Source: Eledone cirrhosa
Lineage: Eukaryota
Direction of reading: 5' to 3'
DNA length: 64,000 nt
NCBI GenBank assembly: GCA_964016885.1
Contig: OZ024761.1
Span: 16,864,001 to 16,928,000, forward strand
Both the position numbers and the translations under genes were made by a program. The notes under the pieces are model-generated. The model was not told where the DNA came from, did no database searches, and was given only the letters and a program-made list of their open reading frames with translations. Positions 56,401-64,000 of this stretch are shown one piece after another (within the stretch, counting starts at the first letter, position 1; the number at the start of each line of letters is the position of its first letter).

Positions 56401-57195
56401 CTTGCTGATCCTCTTCAGAGCTAGAAAATACTTGAGCCCTGATAACTGGCTGATCCTCCTCTTCAAAGCCAGAAAATACATGAGCTTGGGTCAGTGGCTG
56501 ATCCTTCTCTCCATAGCCAGTAAATACTTGAACCTTGATCAGTTGCTGATCATCCTCTTCAGAACCAACAAATACTTGAGCTCTGATAAGTTGCTGATCC
56601 TCTTCTTAAATGCCAGCAAATACTTGAACCTTGATCAGTTGCTGATCCACCTCTCCATAGCCAGAAAATACTTGAACCTTGATCAGTTGCTGATCCTCCC
56701 CTTCAAAACCAGAAAATATTTGAGCCAGGCCAGTTGCTGATCCACCCCTTCAAAGCCAGTAAATGCTTGAGAAAATAACTCCTCTATTTGTTTGTTTACA
56801 GACGCCAGTCATTGTAGAAAACAATGCCATGAATTTGTTTGACCTGGTCTCAAACAATGAGCATCTACATGATAGTGAGGTAACTGTCTCTTTATCTATC
56901 TATCCATCCATTCATCTGTTTGTCTGACCATCTGACTATTTATCTCTCTGCATGTCTGTCTGTCTGTCCTTAAATCCAGCTAGCTATCTGTCTGCTTGCC
57001 TATCTCGTTTTGTCTGTCTGCCTATCTCGTTTTGTCTGTCTGCCTATCTCGTTTTGTCTGTCTGCCTATCTCGTTTTGTCTGTCTGCCTATCTCGCTTTG
57101 TCTGTTTGCCTATCTCGCTTTGTCTGTCTGCCTATTTCTATTTCTGTCTTTCATCCTTCTCCTCTCTCCATCCTATTCATCTATCTGCATCTTTC

Positions 57196-57239
<44 letters not shown>

Positions 57240-57407
57240 CATGAAATGTTAAGACAGAGTTATTTTTACATAATTGTTTTATATATATATATGTCAAGTA
57301 AGAATATTTTCGAAACAGTGAACGAGTTTGAAATTAGAAATATAAGCTATCGCCGTATTTTGACTAAAGAAATTATTTAGCCTGATAGTGGGGCTAAGAA
57401 CCATCAT

Positions 57408-57440
<33 letters not shown>

Positions 57441-60400
57441 AAATACACCCCCGTCCCACCAACACCACCCCATCCACACCACCCCTTCTATGTAAAGTTA
57501 TGTTGGTGCCAAACCATCCAGGCCGAAACAAATGAGATCGTGTAGATGTCACGACAAAAAACACACAGTCCACACTGTAATGTGGCCGTGTAGGCAACAC
57601 GGTAAAAACCTCCCAGACCCACACTGTAAATGTGGTTGGTGTTAGGAAGGGCATCCAGCTGTAGAAAACCCGCCAGACAGTCCTATGCGAGCAAGACAAT
57701 CACTCTTGCCTCAAGTGGGAAAACCCCCGTCCAAACCCATGCAAGCGTGGAACACGGACGTTAAACGTTGATGATGATATATATATATGCTTTGCCGTTC
57801 ACGTATATTACTATTACACATCCAACGGAGCATGCATGCTTCATTCCTTTCCAGTCTACGCAGGTCCTCTACACGTAATGCCCATGTCGAACAGCAATGC
57901 TACATGGCAGTGAGACATGGGCATTACGTACAGAGGACCTGCATAGACTAGAAAGGAACGAAGCATGCATGCTCCGTTGGATGTGTAATAGTAATATATG
58001 TGAACGGCAAAGCATAAATGAACTAAGTGAGAAATTAAGAATAAGAGGGATCAGATGCTGTTTACTTGAGAGGAGACTACGTTGGTATGGTCACGTGATG
58101 TGCATGAAAGACGACAGCTGCATAAAAAAGTGCAGGGTGATCAAAATTGATGGTAGTTACGGAGTAGGTAGACCCAGAAAAACCTGGGATGATCTGATAA
58201 ATTCCGACCTCACACACTTACATCTCTCTAAGACAATGTCACTGGACCGAGATCTTTGGCGCTATGCAGTAATACAGAAGACCCTATGTACAAAGCGAAA
58301 CCTACAGTCAGTAGGCACCTCTTAACCAAATATTCACCCCAATCCACTACCCCTACCCTATCCTCCCACTCCCACCAACAGCACGAGAAAATGAGATCGA
58401 GATCGTGTAGGTGTCACGACAAAAAAACACACACAGTCCACGCTGTAATGTGGCCGTGTAGGTAACACGGTAAAAACCTCCCAGTCCACACTGTAAATGT
58501 GGTTGGTGTTAGGAAGGGCATCCAGCCATAGAAAACCCGCCAGACAGTCCTGAGCAAGACAACCAATCTTGCCTCAAGTGGAACAATTCCCGTCCAGACC
58601 CAAGCTAGCGTAGAAAATGGACGTTAAACGATGATGATGATGATGATGATGATATATATATATATATATTTACTATTTACACATTAGTTATGTTCTGTCA
58701 GTGTGTATTGTTTCAATTGTAGGTGATGCGTCATATAATTAGCCAGATCATTGCATTGTGGGAGTTCAGCTCTCTTCCAGCTCCACAACTGTTTGCTATC
58801 TCCGATGCCAATACATCGCTTATCCCTTACACTCACAGCTGGAGACCCTGGGAACACATCTATGCATTGTGCAAGTCAGCTAAAGGACCCCATCTTCCAT
58901 TGTATAACCCCTATGGAAAATATGTCGTTCGATTATATTTTATGGTGAGTATAGTTCTTTAATCTCTTCAATACTAAACCACTTGGTACTACTCCAGATT
59001 CTGCAATACAAATCTGTTTGTTTTAAAGTGTTTATCTACTAATATAATAGCCTTGTGTATTCGTCTGTCATGCACTAGAGATGACCAAGGAAGGGAGGGT
59101 GATTACGTCGACTGAGGAAGGAAGGGGTGATTACGTCGACCGAGGAAGGAAGGGGTGATTACGTCGACCGAGGAAGGAAGGGGTGATTACGTCGACCGAG
59201 GAAGGAAGGGGTGATTCCGTCGACCGAGGAAGGAAGGGGTGATTCCGTCGACTGAGGAAGGAAGGGGGGATTCCGTCGACTGAGGAAGGAAGGGGTGATT
59301 CTGTCGACTGAGGAAGGAAGGGGGGATTCTGTCGACTGAGGAAGGAAGGGGTGATTATGTCGACTGAGGAAGGAAGGGGTGACTCCGTCGACTGAGGAAG
59401 GAAGGGGTGACTCCGTCGACTGAGGAAGGAAGGGGTGATTCTGTCGACTGAGGAAGGAAGGGGGATTCCGTCGACTGAGGAAGGAAGGGGGGATTCCGTC
59501 GACTGAGGAAGGAAGGGGTGATTCTGTCGACTGAGGAAGGAAGGGGGGATTCCGTCGACTGAGGAAGGAAGGGGGGATTACGTCGACCGAGGAAGGAAGG
59601 GGTGATTCTGTCGACTGAGGAAGGAAGGGGTGATTATGTCGACTGAGGAAGGAAGGGGTGACTCCGTCGACTGAGGAAGGAAGGGGTGACTCCGTCGACT
59701 GAGGAAGGAAGGGGTGACTCCGTCGACTGAGGAAGGAAGGGGTGATTATGTCGACTGAGGAAGGAAGGGGTGACTCCGTCGACTGAGGAAGGAAGGGGTG
59801 ACTCCGTCGACTGAGGAAGGAAGGGGTGACTCCGTCGACTGAGGAAGGAAGGGGTGACTCCGTCGACTGAGGAAGGAAGGGGTGACTCCGTCGACTGAGG
59901 AAGGAAGGGGTGACTCCGTCGACTGAGGAAGGAAGGGGTGACTCCGTCGACTGAGGAAAGTGGGGGTGAGAAACTATATAAGTCCAACGTTCTAAGATTC
60001 GTCACAGCTGTGTGTTTCTATGTTTGTATCACTTGTGTGAGTGAGCGTGAAGAACCAACCAACAAACAAACATCTCTTTTTTTATATTATGTATAGATAT
60101 TACAATTAGCCGTCATTTTTGCCAGCACTGGGCTAGCTAGTATTTATATAAAATCCTCCCATGTTGTTCATATGTTTTCTATATGGGCGAGTTATTTTAT
60201 TCATGTTTTCCATATTGGTGAGTTATGTTGTTTCCATATCGGTGAGTTATGTTGTTTATATGTCATCTATATCGGTGAGTTATCTATATCGGTGAGTTAT
60301 GTTGTTTATATGTCATCTATATCGGTGAGTTATCTATATCGGTGAGTTATGTTGTTCATATGTCATCTATATCGGTGAGTTATGTTGTTCATATGTCTTC

Positions 60401-63190
60401 TATATCGATGAGTTATGTTGTTTATATGTCATCTATATCGGTGAGTTATGTTGTTCATATGTCTTCTATATCGATGAGTTATGTTGTTTATATGTCATCT
60501 ATATCGGTGAGTTATGTTGTTCATATGTCTTCTATATCGATGAGTTATGTTGTTTATATGTCATCTATATCGGTGAGTTATGCTCTTTAACCCTTTTGGT
60601 ACTAAACTGCTTGAAACCATCCCTGGTTCTACAATACAAAACTATTTATTTTAAAGCATTTATATTTATCTAAAACCCTCTTGACATGATTTTAAGAACC
60701 TTTGTTAAGTTATATTCCAAACAACAGCTTAATAACAAGAAGGTTATTTACGCTACAAATTCCTCCAGAGTTGTGATAGACAGATAGTATCTGGAATGGA
60801 AAGACAAATGGAAATATTGTTTCCATGGTCTGATCTGACAATCAACTCTTTTCTTCTGCCAGAACTAATGACTGACAGATAGTCTCAGCTCTGGAAAGAT
60901 CAATGGAAATGTTTCTTTTATATTTTTTATTTTTTGTAATTCTTTAATTTAGGGTTGTTGGAGGAAAATAATGATTGATGACTCCTTGCCAATTTTTAAA
61001 AACAAGCTTCTCCTACCCACAACAACACAACCATATGAGTTATGGCCCATGCTGCTTTCAAAGGCGCTCCTTAAAGTGGCCAGCTTGAAGTAAGGAATAG
61101 ATTGTTTTTATTTTCGTTTGCTTATTTTGCTTTCATGATCGCCACCACCACCACCACCACCACCACCATCATCATCATCACCATTACCATTACCATCATC
61201 ACCATCATCATTATCATGATTACCATCATCATCATCATCATTGTCATCATCACTGTCATCATCATTATCATCGTCATAATTTTACGTCTGCTTTCCACAC
61301 AAGCATGGGTTGGACGAGTTGTCCCTTTGAAAGACCAGACGGGTAAGTTTTTGCATTATACACTATTGTATTTTCGCGGTAAAGTTTTTATCTTACATAA
61401 TATCGAATCTATGAGATTTTGATATTATTTATTTTGAGAACAATACCTTAACATCAGTATGAACAGCCGGTTACAGCCAATTTGAACAGAAAAAGGTGAG
61501 AGAATTCTGACCAGATACAGCCGGTTTAAATGCTAAAGCAGTCATGGGCAACCTGCGGCCCGCGAAGCTTTCTGAATGGCTCGCCTAAGTCAGAAAAGAA
61601 AAATATTTGCCATCATCAGACAATTGTGTAATTTTCAACATGCCTCAGAGTCAATCTACAACAAACCTTACTTTCATTGAAAGTAAGGTTTGTAGCATTT
61701 AAAAATGTCGGTGGATATTCACATGTTTTGTTTCAAAAACAAACGTTCATAATAATTCTTTTCTCCGGGGAAAGATTTTTGGTGCTAATTTACATATCAG
61801 AATAATAAAATCTACGATTAAATAAAAGTGAAATCTTTCTGATTTTTTTACACCAACTTTTCAGTCGTAATTTATCTTTCTATTATTTTTACGATCAAAG
61901 AAAACAACGTGTACGAATTCTGAAGAAACAAATCAAAACAACCTGAGTTACCCCCCTTTTTTTAATGTGGGCACAAATGTAAATTAGCGCTTGCGGCCTC
62001 TCCTGATGAACCATATCTCATGCAGCCCGCTTCTCGAAAAAGGTTTACCCATGCCAGTGCTAAAGGGTTACTTTAACCCTTTAGCAATTATATATTTTAA
62101 AGTAGCTGGTATACAATACAAATTATCACCTGTTAGAGTTAACAGGTCAACTAATTGTTGTTTGTTCAGTTCTTATTGTCTAACGATATGTTGATTTTCT
62201 CTCTTCTACCTTCATCTAATTAACAGCTACACTCTGAACTCTGGAAGCAATGAGATTGGGGAATTTAATGTCCTGCATAGTTTGACTGGTTGGCTCCCTG
62301 AACTAATTCAAATACAGTGAGTTCTCTCCCTTCATATTTCACTGCAATCTACAATCCATGGGTGTTTGAAATGGACATGAAATGACATAGTTCTCGCTTT
62401 TCATATTTTGCTATTGTCTGAGATCCGTAGGTGTTTGAAATAGACATCAATCGACACAGTTTTCTCCCTTCATATTTCACTGTTATCTGAGATCAGTGGG
62501 TGTTTGAAATAGACATCAACCGACACAGTTTTCTCCCTTCATATTTCACTGCTATCTGAGATCAGTGGGTGTTTGAAATAGACATCAACCGACACAGTTT
62601 TCTCCCTTCATATTTCACTGCTATCTGAGATCCGTAGGTGTTTGAAATAGACATCAATGGACACAGTTTTCTCCCTTCATATTTCACTGCTATCTGAGAT
62701 CCGTAGGTGTTTGAAATAGACATCAATGGACACAGTTTTCTCCCTTCATATTTCACTGCTATCTGAGATCCGTAGGTGTTTGAAATAGACATCAATGGAC
62801 ACAGTTTTCTCCCTTCATATTTCACTGCTATCTGAGATCCGTAGGTGTTTGAAATAGACATCAATGGACACAGTTTTCTCCCTTCATATTTCACTGCTAT
62901 CTGAGATCAGTGGTTGTTTGAAATAGACATCAACCGACACAGTTTTCTCTCTTTTTATATGTTGCTATTGTCTGAGATCCGTGGGTGTTTGCTGTTGTAG
63001 CTGTTATTGTTGTTGTTATTGTTGTTGTTATTGTTGTTACAGCCACAAGAATGCCAACAAGACATGGCAGCTGTTGACAAAGACATTACCTGAGTGGAAA
63101 CCTCCTGACGAACCAGTTGTTAAAGAAGAAACCAAACAGAACCTTGAGCCAGTCGTTATGGAAGGGATTGTGGTTGAACAAATTAAATTG
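48648..63190 (+). CDS. ADGB: Androglobin, N-terminal calpain-like region; spliced CDS join(48648-48715,51990-52077,54028-54075,56195-56290,56802-56879,58723-58944,60953-61089,62227-62316,63043-63190), continues past window end
   Basis: All exons have GT..AG boundaries with matching phases and give 325 open codons. Translation contains [107 protein letters not shown], collinear with vertebrate androglobin as I recall it. Confidence 0.95.
49075..49555 (-). mobile_element. Second decayed CRE-like RLE fragment
   Basis: [16 protein letters not shown]...[12 protein letters not shown]; collinear with 45385-46040. Confidence 0.7.
50130..50445 (-). mobile_element. 3' fragment of RTE family 1; a more decayed RTE piece lies at about 49555-49790
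   Basis: [28 protein letters not shown], near-identical to 1960-2250. Confidence 0.9.
50494..51957 (+). mobile_element. Decayed mariner transposon with nested minisatellite and MITE
   Basis: TA-flanked TIRs cttgccgtggcaataaagtct / agactttattgccacatcaag; remnant [11 protein letters not shown] (YSPDL-like) and terminal NGDYV; in-frame stops. Confidence 0.8.
50596..50822. repeat. 39-bp minisatellite, 6 copies, inside the mariner element
   Basis: Unit gatattctgtatgaatgctgtattttgtcacaggcctat. Confidence 0.95.
51990..52077 (+). CDS. ADGB: ADGB exon ([29 protein letters not shown])
   Basis: Polypyrimidine tract tctccttcatcttttcAG, donor TGG|GTAAGA; WPE..SEKW motif. Confidence 0.9.
53030..53775 (+). 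mobile_element. L1/Tx1-like LINE 3' end (ORF2 C-terminal zinc knuckle and 3' UTR); related tails at 52735-53025, 40428-40735 (minus), 48150-48490 (minus)
   Basis: CPRC...[11 protein letters not shown]....LW motif, ORF to 53507, UTR ending tgtggttAATAAAgaaat. Confidence 0.75.
54028..54075 (+). CDS. ADGB: ADGB exon ([16 protein letters not shown])
   Basis: ttccAG acceptor, ATG|GTGAGT donor, 48 nt, phase 0-0. Confidence 0.85.
55163..55818 (-). mobile_element. RTE family 3 3' end (ORF2 C-terminus plus 3' UTR)
   Basis: ORF 55555-55755 [11 protein letters not shown]; UTR ends in (GAT)n on minus strand. Confidence 0.9.
56195..56290 (+). CDS. ADGB: ADGB exon ([32 protein letters not shown])
   Basis: ttAG acceptor, AAG|GTAAGG donor, calpain-type F.DP...WKRP motif. 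Confidence 0.93.
56365..56770. repeat. 48-bp degenerate tandem repeat, about 8 copies, filling an ADGB intron
   Basis: aaatacttga...ttgctgatcct recurs; 16-aa periodicity in ORF 56387-56740. Confidence 0.9.
56802..56879 (+). CDS. ADGB: ADGB exon ([26 protein letters not shown])
   Basis: tttgtttacAG acceptor, GAG|GTAACT donor, 78 nt, phase 0-0. Confidence 0.93.
57437..58653 (+). mobile_element. Two tandem RTE family 3 copies (57437-57778 UTR; 57889-58653 ORF2 end plus UTR) with an inverted segment 57787-57888 between them
   Basis: ORF 57897-58325 [24 protein letters not shown]; (GAT)n tails. Confidence 0.9.
58723..58944 (+). CDS. ADGB: ADGB exon (VMRHIISQ...[11 protein letters not shown])
   Basis: ORF 58723-58962 in track; tgtAG acceptor, ATG|GTGAGT donor; NPYGKY.VRLY calpain-7/ADGB motif. 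Confidence 0.96.
59085..59960. repeat. 28-bp purine-rich minisatellite, about 31 copies
   Basis: Unit gtcgactgaggaaggaaggggtgactcc. Confidence 0.97.
60210..60582. repeat. 33-bp minisatellite, about 11 copies
   Basis: Unit tatatcggtgagttatgttgtttatatgtcatc. Confidence 0.93.
60953..61089 (+). CDS. ADGB: ADGB exon ([13 protein letters not shown]...[17 protein letters not shown])
   Basis: tttAG acceptor, AA|GTAAGG donor; calpain G.W....IDD.LP and ELWP.LL.KA motifs. Confidence 0.96.
61539..62057. mobile_element. hAT (Charlie-type) non-autonomous element, 519 bp, inserted in the right TIR of another MITE
   Basis: TIRs CAGTCATGGGCAACCT / AGGTTTACCCATGCCAG; perfect 8-bp TSD tgctaaag. Confidence 0.85.
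62227..62316 (+). CDS. ADGB: ADGB exon ([29 protein letters not shown])
   Basis: taacAG acceptor, CA|GTGAGT donor, phase 2-2; LH.LTGW.PE motif. Confidence 0.95.
62320..62990. repeat. 69-bp tandem repeat, about 9-10 copies, filling an ADGB intron
   Basis: tttgaaatag recurs at 62641 and 62710; 23-aa periodicity in ORF 62562-62894. Confidence 0.95.
63043..63190 (+). CDS. ADGB: ADGB exon ([23 protein letters not shown]...EQIKL)
   Basis: ttacAG acceptor, TTG|GTAAGA donor; W.LL...LPE motif; phase matches previous exon. Confidence 0.92.
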
Positions 63191-63333
63191 GTAAGATAAT
63201 TGGTCTTCTTTCTCTCTCTTCCTCCGTCCCCTCTTTCTCTCTTTTCCTCTGTTCCCCTCTTTCTCTCTTTTCCTCTGTTTCCCCCTCTCTCTCTCCACCT
63301 TTTCTTTCCAGTACCGTGTGACTTATATATGAG

Positions 63334-63372
<39 letters not shown>

Positions 63373-64000
63373 CATTATCCGATTGCCAGTATCGGTAGAG
63401 GGTCGGACGCCATGCTTTCCAGCATAGTTACGTCCCTTTACGATCTGAGTTCAAATCCCGCCGAGGTTGACTTTGCCTTTCATCCTTACGGGGTCGATAA
63501 AATAAAGTACCAGTAATGCACTGGGTAATTGCTGGCCTTGTGCCTAAAGTAGAAACAATTATCTAATATAGAAATGGCTTCTACAGGACTAGAACTGTTT
63601 CATTCATATGAAATCATGTATATATATATATTGTTTCTACTTTTGGCACAAGGCCAGCAATTACCCAGTACATTAGTGGTACTTTATTTTATCGACCCCG
63701 TAAGGATGACAGGCAAAGTTAACCTCGGCGGGATTTGAACTCAGACAGTATATATATATATATATACTCACACATAAATATATATGCATATATCAAGTTA
63801 ATTTTGTTTGTATATATATATATATATATATATGCATATATACACATGGACGGGGTGATGTGTTATGTCCTTGAGCAAGACACTTTATTTCATGTTGTTC
63901 CTTCTGCCTGAATTTGAGACCGACAGATAGTATTAGCAATTGGAAAGATTAGTGGAAACATTGTTTCCTTGACAGTTGATTGATAAGATCCCAGACCTCA

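Noticed and set aside
56387-56740. 117-aa ORF with 16-aa leucine-rich periodicity
   Set aside because: Product of a 48-bp intronic repeat; the nearby AG at 56372 would splice it out of frame with an early stop.
59945-59990. CTGAGGA...GAAAC..GTC at the end of the 28-bp array as a hammerhead
   Set aside because: No stem II and poor stem I; other units lack GAAA.

Overview
Eukaryotic, very AT-rich, repeat-dense animal DNA. The huge (TA/TATG)n fields, RTE LINEs with (GAT)n tails and tRNA-SINE families look like a cephalopod (Octopus-like) genome; this is inferred from composition, not from a database search. Almost all long ORFs in the track are microsatellite artefacts. Real content: (1) the 5' part of a + strand androglobin (ADGB) gene, nine coding exons from 48648 to 63190 that splice in frame (325 codons) and continue beyond the window; (2) the last two exons of an unidentified + strand gene ending in a SUMO-interacting-motif-like tail (25250-26859); (3) a candidate small two-exon minus-strand gene (41760-40132) under an RFX/forkhead/CRE motif cluster; (4) many retroelement and DNA-transposon remnants (RTE, L1/Tx1-like, CRE-like, mariner, hAT MITEs, SINEs); (5) intron-filling minisatellites. 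The most unusual signal is a set of several sequence-unrelated short fold-back (palindromic) elements carrying complete or partial hammerhead-ribozyme-like cores (CUGANGA...GAAA). Also notable: an Asp at the presumed calpain-Cys position of ADGB, and inverted LINE pairs bracketing two in-frame ADGB exons.
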